Positions 52,919-62,653 of a stretch of 64,000 nt of DNA are shown piece after piece. Made by a program: the position numbers and the translations under genes. Position 1 is the first letter of the stretch. Every line of letters begins with the position of its first letter. The notes below the pieces were generated by a model that worked only from the letters and a program-made list of their open reading frames with translations, did no database searches and had not been told where the DNA came from. The stretch is taken from NCBI GenBank assembly GCA_963668675.2, contig CAXXMB010000002.1:832001-896000 (forward strand). Direction: 5' to 3'. The DNA is from an uncultured Desulfatitalea sp. Its GTDB lineage: Bacteria; Desulfobacterota; Desulfobacteria; Desulfobacterales; Desulfosarcinaceae.

Positions 52919-55006
52919 GTGGAAAAAACCATCTATTCTTTATGTTTTATGTGTTCCGTCCGATGCCCGATCGAAGTTCGGGTTGAACACGGACAAGTTA
53001 AATGGGTCCAGGGCAATCCCCATGTGGCCGGCATCAACGGCAGCCTATGTCCCAAAGGTGCTGCCGGAACGGCGCTGCTCTATGACGAGCAGCGGTTGCA
53101 AACACCATTGATCCGCGATGGAGAGCGCGGATCGGGCAAATGGCGTGTCGCCAGCTGGCAGGAGGCGCTCGATCATATCGCCGAACGCCTGAAGGCCACC
53201 ATCGACACCCATGGAGGCAAAAGCGTGGCATTGATCGAACGCGCCAACCTCTCTACCCACGTCAGCAAGACCTTTCTGAAAGCCATAGGCTCGCCCAACC
53301 ACGTCACCCACGATGCCCTGTGCAAAGGATCGGTCAACACCGCCTGCCGCAGCCTCTTTGGCTATACCGATGCCCAGGTGGGGCTGCAGTACGGTAAAAC
53401 CAAACATATCGTTCTCTATGGGCGCAACATGTTCGAAGCAGTGTCAGTCAAGGAGGTCAATGGCCTGGTGGACGCGCTGGAAAATGGCGCCAGGATCACC
53501 TATATCGACCCGAGGGTTACGATCACGGCCACCAAGGCCCAACGCTATTGGATGATCCGGCCGCGCACCGATCTGGCGCTCAACTATGCGCTGATGCACA
53601 TCATCCTGAAGGAGCGGCTCTACGATGCCGAATTTGTCGACCGTTGGGTGGAGGGGTTGGTGGAACTCAAAGAGTTCGTCAAACCCTACACGCCCGAATG
53701 GGCCGAAGCCGAAACCGGCATCCCGGCCAGTGAGATGGCCGCCTTTGCCCGCGAGATCAGCCGCGACAAGCCCTCGGTGATCTTCCACTACGGCTATCGT
53801 GGCGCCCATCAAGCTGACGAGATCTATCTGCGCCGCTCGATCCTCATGCTCAATGTGCTCATGGGTGCCATCGAAGCCCCCGGCGCCCTCTTTTTCAAAA
53901 AGGGACCTGGCGAGGTCGGCGGCAAGCCGGCCCGCAAATTGACCGATCAGGAACTGCCCAAGGTCGAAGCGCCGCGCGCCGACATGGTGGGCAGCAGTGA
54001 CTTCCCGCTGCCCGACCCGGCCCACGGTGTTCCCCAGACACTGATCGACGCCATCCTGACCGAGAAGCCCTATCCGGTGAAAGCCTTGATCATCAACCGC
54101 TTCGATGCCCTCAAATCGATCCCGGACACCCATCGCACCAAGGAGGCGTTCGATAATCTCGATCTGATCGTGAGCATCGATGTCAACTTCAGCGATTCGG
54201 CCTGGTACTCCGATGTGGTGCTGCCCGAATCCACCTATTTCGAACGGACGGATTGCATCCAACAGGCCAACGGGTTGAAGCCCCAGATGTTTCTGCGCGC
54301 CCAGGCGATCCCGCCCATGTTCGACACCCGTGAAAGCGCCATCATTCTCAAACAGTTGGCGGAACGCCTCGGCATGGGGCAGTACTTCCCTTATAACGGC
54401 ATGGAGGATCTCGTGAAGTGGCAGCTGGAGGGCACCGGCTTCTCCATGGCCGACTTCGCGGCCAAGGGGTTTGTGGCCTATGGTAAAGAGACCATCTTCT
54501 GGGATCGCAAGGATGGACTGAAGATCAAAACCCCTTCGGGCAAAATCGAGCTCAAATCCTCCCTGTTGGAAAATGCCGGCTATCCCTCTTTTCCGGCCTA
54601 TGAACCGGTGAACCGCCCCGAGAATAACCAGTTCCGGCTGGTCGTCGGCCGGGTGGCCGCCCACACGCATGTCTCCACCCAGAACAACCCCTACCTGTGT
54701 GAGCTGTTTCCCGAAAACACCCTCTGGATCAATGCCCAAAGGGCAGCCAACCTGGGAATCTCGGACGGAGAGCCGGTGAGCATTGCCTCCCGGCGCGGCA
54801 CCGGCACCATCAAGGCCTTTGTCACCGATCTGATCCACCCGGACACGGTCTTCATGGTCCACGGCTTTGGCCACGAAGCCAAAGAGGCCGAACGCTGTTA
54901 CAACAAGGGCATCTCCGACAGCGTTCTGCAGGAGAGCATCACCGATCGCGTAGGCGGCAGCCCGGCCCTGCACGACACCTTTGTCACTGTTGAAAAGGCG
55001 GCTTGA
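52919..55006 (+). CDS. Molybdopterin oxidoreductase catalytic subunit (PsrA/PhsA-like), no Tat signal
   Basis: CFMCSVRC...LCPKG FS0 motif at the extreme N-terminus, putative Cys ligand in HDALC, DVVLPES.YFER, C-terminal Mo-bisPGD domain. Confidence 0.9.
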   Translation: MEKTIYSLCFMCSVRCPIEVRVEHGQVKWVQGNPHVAGINGSLCPKGAAGTALLYDEQRLQTPLIRDGERGSGKWRVASWQEALDHIAERLKATIDTHGGKSVALIERANLSTHVSKTFLKAIGSPNHVTHDALCKGSVNTACRSLFGYTDAQVGLQYGKTKHIVLYGRNMFEAVSVKEVNGLVDALENGARITYIDPRVTITATKAQRYWMIRPRTDLALNYALMHIILKERLYDAEFVDRWVEGLVELKEFVKPYTPEWAEAETGIPASEMAAFAREISRDKPSVIFHYGYRGAHQADEIYLRRSILMLNVLMGAIEAPGALFFKKGPGEVGGKPARKLTDQELPKVEAPRADMVGSSDFPLPDPAHGVPQTLIDAILTEKPYPVKALIINRFDALKSIPDTHRTKEAFDNLDLIVSIDVNFSDSAWYSDVVLPESTYFERTDCIQQANGLKPQMFLRAQAIPPMFDTRESAIILKQLAERLGMGQYFPYNGMEDLVKWQLEGTGFSMADFAAKGFVAYGKETIFWDRKDGLKIKTPSGKIELKSSLLENAGYPSFPAYEPVNRPENNQFRLVVGRVAAHTHVSTQNNPYLCELFPENTLWINAQRAANLGISDGEPVSIASRRGTGTIKAFVTDLIHPDTVFMVHGFGHEAKEAERCYNKGISDSVLQESITDRVGGSPALHDTFVTVEKAA

Positions 55007-55072
55007 TCACTGGCGCGCATTGCAATGAGAACACCACGCCGCACCCGTGCTATAAATGATAAGGAGAAGTAA

Positions 55073-55588
55073 ATGAGCGAGTACCATCTCTTTCAAGATA
55101 CGCGTAAATGCATCGGCTGCCACGCCTGTGAAGTTCAGTGCAAGGCAAATAAAGACCTGCCGGTCGGCCCCAAGCCCTGCCATGTGGTCCAGGTTGGCCC
55201 CAAGTTCATCGGCGGAGTGCCACGGGCGTCGTACATCTTCATGCCCTGCTACCACTGTGAAAAACCCTGGTGCGTCGATGCCTGCCCTACCGGTGCCATG
55301 CAAAAGCGAGAAAAGGACGGCATCGTCTTCATCCAGGCCGACCTGTGCGTCGGCTGCAAGGCGTGCATCCGCGCCTGTCCCTGGGGCGCCCCCCAGTGGA
55401 ACCCGGAGACCAAAAAGGTGGTCAAGTGCGACTACTGCATGGACCGCATTGACCAGGGTCTTCAACCGGCGTGCGTCACGGTCTGCATCACCCATTGTCT
55501 GAGCTTCGGCAAGGCCGAGGAGATGCCCGACATCCGCCGGGAGCGGCACGCCCGGGCCGTGGCATCGCTGGACCATAGCGCGTTTTAA
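55073..55588 (+). CDS. 4Fe-4S four-cluster subunit (PsrB/DmsB-like)
   Basis: CIGCHAC, CYHCEKPWC..ACP, CVGCKAC..ACP, KCDYC...PAC. Confidence 0.93.
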   Translation: MSEYHLFQDTRKCIGCHACEVQCKANKDLPVGPKPCHVVQVGPKFIGGVPRASYIFMPCYHCEKPWCVDACPTGAMQKREKDGIVFIQADLCVGCKACIRACPWGAPQWNPETKKVVKCDYCMDRIDQGLQPACVTVCITHCLSFGKAEEMPDIRRERHARAVASLDHSAF

Positions 55589-55609
55589 CTTTCCAAGGCA
55601 GAGGGGACC

Positions 55610-57769
55610 ATGCCCGAAAAATATTGCCCCGTAGATCAAATGCTGACCCGCCTGCAGCAGGCGCTGGAAGGCACCGAACTGCAACATCCGCGCAGCCGCC
55701 GAATCGTGGGCCAGATGGCTCTTCTGGTTCGTGATGTGGCCTCGGGCGGCGCCGGTGACGACCATCTGCCCGCCCTGGACCGCCTGATCGAAGAGTTGTC
55801 CGGGTTTGCACCCGACATGGCCGGTGTGGCCCTGGGTCAGTCGCTGAGCGACACCCTGGCCGAGCATCGCGAAACCTTTATCAGCCATGTCGAAACCCAC
55901 ATCTGCGCCCCCGAGCGCTGCGATTTGCTGGCACCGGCCCCCTGTCAAATGGCCTGCCCGGCCGGCATCGATGTGCCCACTTACGTGGCCCTGATCGGGG
56001 AGGGGCGTGACGCCGAGGCGATCGATGTAATTCGTCGGGACAATCCCTTTCCCTGGGTGTGTGGATTGGTCTGCACCCGCCCCTGTGAGTTCATGTGCGT
56101 GCGCGGTCGCATCGACACCCCCATCGCAATTAAGAGCCTCAAGGCCTTTGCCGCCGAGCGCGCCCTCTCCCAGGGCCAATATACCAATCCGAAGCCGGCG
56201 CCCGCCAAAAACCGCAAGGTGTGCGTGGTCGGTGCCGGACCTGGCGGTATGAGTGCGGCCTACTACCTCGCCATGAAGGGCTACACGGTGCGTGTCATCG
56301 AGGCCCTGCCCATGGCTGGCGGCATGATGATGGTGGGCATACCGCGCTATCGCCTGCCCCGGGAGGTGATCGACCGCGAGGTGGCCATGATCGAGGATCT
56401 CGGCGTCACCTTTGACTACAATACCCGCCTGGGAACGGATGTCACCGTTCAGTCCCTGCGCGATGAGGGATTCGAAGCGTTCTTCCTGGCCATCGGCGCC
56501 CACGACTCGTTCAAGCTGGGCATCCCCGGCGAAGCGGATTTCCCCCAGGCGCTGCAAGCCGTCGATTTCCTGAAAAACGTCGCCTTGGGCGAACGGCATC
56601 TGCCCGGCAAGCGCGTGGTGGTCATCGGTGGCGGCAACGTGGCCATCGACGCGGCCCGCACCTCACTGCGCCTGGGTTGCGAAGAGGTGACCCTGGCCTA
56701 CCGCCGCACCAGAGCCGAGATGCCAGCCGACATCGAAGAGATCGAACAGGCAGAAGAGGAGGGTATCGCGTTTTCATTTCTCACGGTTCCCGTCTCCATT
56801 GAGGGCAGCCAGGGGGAACTGACCGGCATCAAGTGTCTGCGGGCCGAACTGGTGGCGGCCGCCGGCTCCAAGCGCATGTCGCCCCGCCCCATCGAAGGCA
56901 GCGAATATGTCATCCCCGCCGATGCCGTCATCAGCGCCATCGGTCAGCGCGTGGAACAGCAGAGTCTGTCGGGATTTAAGGAGCTGGCCTGGACGCGCCG
57001 CGACACCATCCAGGTCCATATGGCCACCATGGCCACCGACATGCCGGGGGTGTTTGCCGCCGGAGACGCCGTGACCGGACCGGCCACGGTGGTCGAAGCC
57101 ATCGGTGGCGGCAAACGGGCGGCCTTGGCCATCGACCGCTACCTCAACGGCATCCCCCAACCCAAGATGCCGCCCGTACCGATCCGCCAGCGCCGCGTCA
57201 GCTGGACTACCGTACCAGCAGCCACCAAGATGGCCATCAAACGCCCCTCCATGCCGCTGCTCAACATGGACCGGCGCCGCACCACCTTCCAACAGGTCGA
57301 ACTGGGCTACTCGGAAAACATGGTGCGTGAAGAGGCCCGCCGCTGCCTGCGCTGCGACATCTGCCGCCGCTGCGGCCTATGCGTCAGTATCTGCCGGGAC
57401 AAAATGGGCGTCGATGCCCTGCAGCTCGGCTACTTCGACTTCGATCATCCGGTGGTAACCGATTTCAGAAAAACCCAGGAGCGCTGCATTCTCTGCGGCG
57501 CCTGCGCAACCAACTGCCCGAACAACGCCATGCAGATGGAGGACCGAAACGGTGAGCGCATCCTGCACCTGTGCGGGACCATCCTCAACCGCCAGCCGCT
57601 GCTCTACTGCGAAACCTGCGGCGCCACCATCGGACCGGCCCGCTACCGCGACTACGTTCGCAAACGAACCCAGGGCATCACTGCCCCCACGGACGGCCAT
57701 CACATCTGCGATGCTTGTGCGCGCAAGGCCAATGTCCTGGGCCAGCACCGCAACATGCCGCTCGATTGA
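55610..57769 (+). CDS. GltD/NfnB-like FAD/NAD(P)H oxidoreductase with Fe-S domains
   Basis: PCQMACP, CGLVCTRPCE, GAGPGG, GGGNVAID, YRR, EARRCLRC, C-terminal 2x[4Fe-4S]; N-terminal segment resembles the NuoF C-terminus. Confidence 0.9.
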   Translation: MPEKYCPVDQMLTRLQQALEGTELQHPRSRRIVGQMALLVRDVASGGAGDDHLPALDRLIEELSGFAPDMAGVALGQSLSDTLAEHRETFISHVETHICAPERCDLLAPAPCQMACPAGIDVPTYVALIGEGRDAEAIDVIRRDNPFPWVCGLVCTRPCEFMCVRGRIDTPIAIKSLKAFAAERALSQGQYTNPKPAPAKNRKVCVVGAGPGGMSAAYYLAMKGYTVRVIEALPMAGGMMMVGIPRYRLPREVIDREVAMIEDLGVTFDYNTRLGTDVTVQSLRDEGFEAFFLAIGAHDSFKLGIPGEADFPQALQAVDFLKNVALGERHLPGKRVVVIGGGNVAIDAARTSLRLGCEEVTLAYRRTRAEMPADIEEIEQAEEEGIAFSFLTVPVSIEGSQGELTGIKCLRAELVAAAGSKRMSPRPIEGSEYVIPADAVISAIGQRVEQQSLSGFKELAWTRRDTIQVHMATMATDMPGVFAAGDAVTGPATVVEAIGGGKRAALAIDRYLNGIPQPKMPPVPIRQRRVSWTTVPAATKMAIKRPSMPLLNMDRRRTTFQQVELGYSENMVREEARRCLRCDICRRCGLCVSICRDKMGVDALQLGYFDFDHPVVTDFRKTQERCILCGACATNCPNNAMQMEDRNGERILHLCGTILNRQPLLYCETCGATIGPARYRDYVRKRTQGITAPTDGHHICDACARKANVLGQHRNMPLD

Positions 57770-57930
57770 TGAAACCGGATCGCCGACGCCGCACGAGTGC
57801 AAACGAAAGGAGAGGGCCGTAAAGATATGGATCGGCCCTATCACAGGATGGTTGATTTCACCGGCCCGATAGTGTTAACACGACGCCATAACACCTATAG
57901 AAGCAATACCACAAAGTATAGGAGCATTTT

Positions 57931-58146
57931 ATGTCACTTCGAAGAGGCCAAAAAATTGAAGTCTTTTGCCGCAGCAGCGACGAAGCGTGGGAAGAGTATA
58001 TGGACAGATTCATCGGATGCCACGGCATGATCACCGACCCGGACACCTCTATCAACGACCCCGAGGCCCTTGTCGAAGTGAGCCTGGACGGCATGGGCAC
58101 CCACCGGCTGCCCCAGGATTGCCTGCGCCTGCTGGAAGATCAGTAG
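57931..58146 (+). CDS. Small hypothetical protein
   Basis: AGGAG RBS; 71 aa; stop overlaps the HAD gene start. Confidence 0.65.
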   Translation: MSLRRGQKIEVFCRSSDEAWEEYMDRFIGCHGMITDPDTSINDPEALVEVSLDGMGTHRLPQDCLRLLEDQ

Positions 58147-58793
58147 TGCCCGGTGTGCCGGCGCTCCTCTTCGACCTGGACGGCACCCTCTTGGACCCGG
58201 TGGAGGGCATCACCCGATCCATCCAGTACGCCCTGGCAAAACTCCACCAGCCGGTACCCGAAACCCATCAACTGCTCTGGTGCATCGGCCCGCCTCTGAT
58301 GCAGAGCTTCATGCGCCTCCTTGAAAGCCCCTGCTCCGATTTGGCAACCCAGGCACTGCACCACTACCGCCGGCGCTACAACGAAACCGGCAAGTTCGAA
58401 AACCGCGTCTACCCTCGCATTCCCCAGACCCTCGAAACGCTCAAACAGGCCGGCGCCCGCCTCTTCATCGCCACCGCCAAACCCACCATCTTCGCCACCC
58501 AGATCGCCGGGCATTTCCGACTGGAAAAACACTTCGAAGCCGTCTACGGCAGCGAACTCAGCGGCGAACGTTCCGACAAAGGCGACCTGATCGCACACAT
58601 CCTGGACACCGAAGCCCTGGAACCATCGACGACGACCATGGTAGGCGACCGGAAGCACGACATCATCGGCGCCAGACGCAACGGGATCGGATCGGTGGGT
58701 GTGGCCTACGGCTACGGCAGCCGTGCAGAACTTACCGCAGCCGGCGCCGACAAGATCGTGGAAAGGCCCGAGCAGCTGGCTGACCTCATCTGA
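58146..58793 (+). CDS. HAD-family phosphatase (phosphoglycolate phosphatase / 5'-nucleotidase-like)
   Basis: FDLDGTL, IGPPL, ATAK, MVGDRKHD. Confidence 0.9.
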   Translation: MPGVPALLFDLDGTLLDPVEGITRSIQYALAKLHQPVPETHQLLWCIGPPLMQSFMRLLESPCSDLATQALHHYRRRYNETGKFENRVYPRIPQTLETLKQAGARLFIATAKPTIFATQIAGHFRLEKHFEAVYGSELSGERSDKGDLIAHILDTEALEPSTTTMVGDRKHDIIGARRNGIGSVGVAYGYGSRAELTAAGADKIVERPEQLADLI

Positions 58794-58898
58794 TGCGTTG
58801 CCCCATACAGGCAGGCGAGCCTTGACAAGAGAGGCCGGTTCCGCTCTACTAAGGGTATCACCGGATACGGTTTTGAACGTGAACTGGCTCGATTCAGG

Positions 58899-61800
58899 AT
58901 GCGGTACGCTATGAAGTGGTTGCTTTTCTCTGTCCGACTCGGTCTTCTTCTTTTTCCCCTATTGTTTCAATTTGCGGCAGTCTCCCCTCTCTTTGCCGGC
59001 AGCCGGGAGGTGACGACTGCCGAACTGACAGCGGTCCATAACGCCTACCGCCAGGCCGCGGCTCAGGGTTTCACACCGGAATCCATGGCTGCAATCTATC
59101 GGCTGGACAACGCCGCCGCTGCCGTCAAGAAGCTGGTGGATCTCGACGGCTCAGGCCATCCCATGTCCATCTCCAAAGCGCATAGTCTGCGTATGGAGGC
59201 CACCCGACAGCAGATGAATCTCACCATTTTGCGCAAATTGGCCAAAATCACCGGTGGGACGGTGGAGGTCCTCAATTTCGGCAAGATGAACGGCATCCGC
59301 TCGGACAAAGACCAGACCCTTTACGCCGTGGATGGCAAACGCCACTACACCGGAGAGGAGATCTGCAAAGCGTATGAAAGGCTTTTCAATGACACCTACA
59401 AGATCGACCTAAAGCGAATGGATATGGAGTTGTTCAACGGAGATGCCCGCGTGCCGGACTGGCGCGACGCCGGAATGAGCTTCAGCCAGTTCAAGAAGCA
59501 GTACAAGGAGGGTGAAGCCCGGCTGATGCAAAACGAGCCGGCCTACAAAGGGGGGGCGTATCGGGCTCAGGTGGATAAACGCAGCGCCACCATGGGGCGG
59601 GTGACCATGACCAAATATGTGGGCACCGACAGCAGCGGCAAAGACAGTTTCGAGCAGATGGTCGATGCGCCGGCCGTTGAAGCCTCATCCCAATACAAGC
59701 AGTGGGCGGCGGACGTGCCGTATCGCAACGCCATGGATTCGTGCCATCAGAACCTGCAGCGTTTTCGCGACAACGAAGACTTTATCGATAAAATGAAGTA
59801 CTTCAACCGCACCATCGGAGACGGCATCAATACCCTGGCCCTGGAAAACTGGCGCATGGACTACATCTTCGATCTGGATAAACTGGCCCGCGAGGGTCGA
59901 CACCAGGAGATCGACCGCCTGCTGCGCACCATGGTCAACGATGTCTTCACCGTGGATCTTTCCGGTGCAGACAAACAGCACTTCTTTAAAGTCATCCGCA
60001 TTGCCGCACAGATCGAAATCGATAAAATCCAGGGACGCTTCCGCGGCGAGGCGCAATACCTGAAACCGATCCTGGCCGATGTGGCCAAAACCTCGCCCGA
60101 CCTGAGCTTGGAAGAGAGGCATCGGCAGGCCAAAGAGCGCTTTTTCGCGTTTCAGGAGCGGATCATGAAGCACAACCTTGCGGTGACCGCCCGGCAGAAG
60201 ATTCAACGGGATCTGTCGCCCCGGCGGCTCAAAATGGTCGCCGCCAAGTACGGTCCGGAGCAGGCCGCCAAATTGGAATGGGAAACCGGGAAACGGCTCG
60301 AACGGATCTTCTCCGAAATTGACGACGACCGCCTGGTTCGTCGCATCATCGACGATGCACCGCCGGAATTGAGGGAGACGTTGAAGCAGATCCATGCGTG
60401 CGAACGCATCCGACGCACCAAGGGACGGCGCCCGCCCATCCACCTGGTCCAAAGCGATCCGGACAAAGCCCGCCGCCACGGCCCGGATGAAATCGATGCG
60501 ATCGTCCGTAAGAAGCAGTCCGCTGCGGCTGAACGTGAGTCGGAAACCGACCTGTTTCTCAGTGCACTGAGAGAGAAATTCAGTCAGTTCGACGCAGACC
60601 TGCGGGCCGGACGCCATTCGGATGCCGAAATCAGCCGGCGGATGCACGCGCGCGTTTTGAGCGAACTGGGATTCGAAGAGCGCGCCGTACTTCGGAAGAT
60701 GGAGGTCGAATTCGAGCGGCGTTTCAGCGGCCGCAAACTGTTGGGCAATGTGGTGAGCCTGGGAAATGCCGATTCGTTGATCAACATGATCCGGGTCTAT
60801 CAGCGCACCGGCGACTGGCACCAGGTGGCCCAGACTGCCGTCTGGGAGTTGGTCAGCAATGTCCCCGGCGTTTCCCAAATGGCCACCCTCAAACAGGCCT
60901 TCAACGACGGCAACTGCGAGGGACTGGCCTGGATGTACATTGCCTGGCAGATGCCGGCCGCCGGCCAGGTCAAACTGGTCTTCGACGTGGCCAAAGGCAC
61001 GGTGGAGATTGTCTATCACCACATGATGGACCCTTTGGCCGATGATCGCCTGGCCCAGGTCTATCAAGGCTATATCAGTGCCCAGCCGGCCGGCTGGAGC
61101 CCGTTTCAACCCGGCTGGAAAACGCGCCAGAACGCCATTGCCGATTCGATTCTCCATTTCGTACCCGGGGATACGTTCCCCCAGAAACGGACCAACATGT
61201 ACGCCTATTTTCAGGAAAAGCTGGACCAGCGCCTGCGCCGGCAGGGTTTGGATCCCACCACCACCGACTATTGGATCAAACGCGATACCGTTGTGACCCC
61301 CTTTTTTCGGAGCTATGTGACCGACTATTTCGAAGCGCGCGGGGAGTGGTCCCAAAACGTGACAGCCGGCCTCAAGGGGATCGGCACCCAGGAGCAGCTC
61401 AAAACACGGCTGGTGGCGCGGCTGGCAAGCGACTTCCGCACCGGTGAAGTGATGTGGGAAGATGCCACAGAGGCCCGATGGCAGCTGGAAAAGGCCATCG
61501 CACAGCAGCAGGCCCTGCGCATGAGAAATATCCGCACCGAAAAAAAGCTGATTGCAGCCGGGGATTTTCTCTCTGACCGACTGGGCCTGGCCTACCAGCA
61601 GGCAGCCGCGAAGGTGGAAAAGCCAAAAGTATCCGAGTTGGCAGTCCAGGCCGAAGCCTATCCACCGGTGGTGTCCGAAGGCCAGGAAGTCACCATAAAT
61701 GTCAAAGTACTCGGCCCTAATATTGCTAAAAGACAATCAGAAGCCCATCCCGTGGAGATCCGGGTGGCCGGTATAACTTCCCTGGCAAAAAACCAAAAAG

Positions 61801-62624
61801 TGCCTTCGGCCAAGATGGACGACGTTGTGTCGGACGCCGACTATATCTGCGGTTTTGTGGATGACCTCGTCAAATCCGGGAACACGTTCAATGCGGTGCG
61901 AATCGATTATGATGTGACCGTACGCGGAGACGACGGGAAAATGCTGGACCGGCAGCAGGTCAGCGTGGTGCTGGCCGGCGCAGAGCAGAGCCCAGCCCGA
62001 TCACCGATAACGTTGGACGGATGCCCCGCCCCCGAGGATGCCGTATACTCCGAAGGCCCTGCTAGAGGGGGAAAAAGAGTCGGGTATAAAAATCGTAACG
62101 ACCGATGGGTCGGTCCATATTTCCAGTACTATGATTCCTGGGATGGTAAGAGTTCGCACCTTGCGCACAAAGGGTGCCTGGCCGAGACATCCGATGGTTA
62201 CACCACCCACCGGGGACCGTTCATCGGATTTGCGTCTGGTGGCTGGAAGCAAATGACAGCGACGGTTTTGGAGGGGGACCCGATGAGCACTTCAGGACGT
62301 GTCAAATATGAAGGCCCAGTCCGCTATTGGAACAAAAAAGGAGAAATAACCCAAGAGACCAACTACAGCAAGGGCTTGCGGGACGGTCCGTACATCCTCT
62401 GGGATCAAAAAACGGGTCTAAAAGAACAGGAGACCCACTACCGCAACGACCTGAAAAATGGCTTTTACCGTTCATGGCGCGGCAACATCAAAATCGTGGA
62501 AGGCCAATACAGAAACAACAAGAGACACGGTACCTGGCGATATTGGAACCACAAGAGCGGAAAACTGGGACTGGTTCGGGAGTATCGCGACGACAAAATT
62601 GTAAAGCAAAAGTATTACAAGTAG
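58899..62624 (+). CDS. Large exported protein with C-terminal MORN-variant repeats
   Basis: Signal peptide; C-terminal repeats such as YSKGLRDGPY..W, YRNDLKNGFY..W, YRNNKRHGTW..W. Confidence 0.8.
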   Translation: MRYAMKWLLFSVRLGLLLFPLLFQFAAVSPLFAGSREVTTAELTAVHNAYRQAAAQGFTPESMAAIYRLDNAAAAVKKLVDLDGSGHPMSISKAHSLRMEATRQQMNLTILRKLAKITGGTVEVLNFGKMNGIRSDKDQTLYAVDGKRHYTGEEICKAYERLFNDTYKIDLKRMDMELFNGDARVPDWRDAGMSFSQFKKQYKEGEARLMQNEPAYKGGAYRAQVDKRSATMGRVTMTKYVGTDSSGKDSFEQMVDAPAVEASSQYKQWAADVPYRNAMDSCHQNLQRFRDNEDFIDKMKYFNRTIGDGINTLALENWRMDYIFDLDKLAREGRHQEIDRLLRTMVNDVFTVDLSGADKQHFFKVIRIAAQIEIDKIQGRFRGEAQYLKPILADVAKTSPDLSLEERHRQAKERFFAFQERIMKHNLAVTARQKIQRDLSPRRLKMVAAKYGPEQAAKLEWETGKRLERIFSEIDDDRLVRRIIDDAPPELRETLKQIHACERIRRTKGRRPPIHLVQSDPDKARRHGPDEIDAIVRKKQSAAAERESETDLFLSALREKFSQFDADLRAGRHSDAEISRRMHARVLSELGFEERAVLRKMEVEFERRFSGRKLLGNVVSLGNADSLINMIRVYQRTGDWHQVAQTAVWELVSNVPGVSQMATLKQAFNDGNCEGLAWMYIAWQMPAAGQVKLVFDVAKGTVEIVYHHMMDPLADDRLAQVYQGYISAQPAGWSPFQPGWKTRQNAIADSILHFVPGDTFPQKRTNMYAYFQEKLDQRLRRQGLDPTTTDYWIKRDTVVTPFFRSYVTDYFEARGEWSQNVTAGLKGIGTQEQLKTRLVARLASDFRTGEVMWEDATEARWQLEKAIAQQQALRMRNIRTEKKLIAAGDFLSDRLGLAYQQAAAKVEKPKVSELAVQAEAYPPVVSEGQEVTINVKVLGPNIAKRQSEAHPVEIRVAGITSLAKNQKVPSAKMDDVVSDADYICGFVDDLVKSGNTFNAVRIDYDVTVRGDDGKMLDRQQVSVVLAGAEQSPARSPITLDGCPAPEDAVYSEGPARGGKRVGYKNRNDRWVGPYFQYYDSWDGKSSHLAHKGCLAETSDGYTTHRGPFIGFASGGWKQMTATVLEGDPMSTSGRVKYEGPVRYWNKKGEITQETNYSKGLRDGPYILWDQKTGLKEQETHYRNDLKNGFYRSWRGNIKIVEGQYRNNKRHGTWRYWNHKSGKLGLVREYRDDKIVKQKYYK

Positions 62625-62653
62625 AAAAGCCATATTTGCAACGGGCAGGAAGC

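Noticed and set aside
53444..61736. Long antisense ORFs (53444-54973, 55007-56599, 59685-61736; likewise 11268-12776)
   Set aside because: Shadow frames of GC-rich genes with clear motifs on the opposite strand
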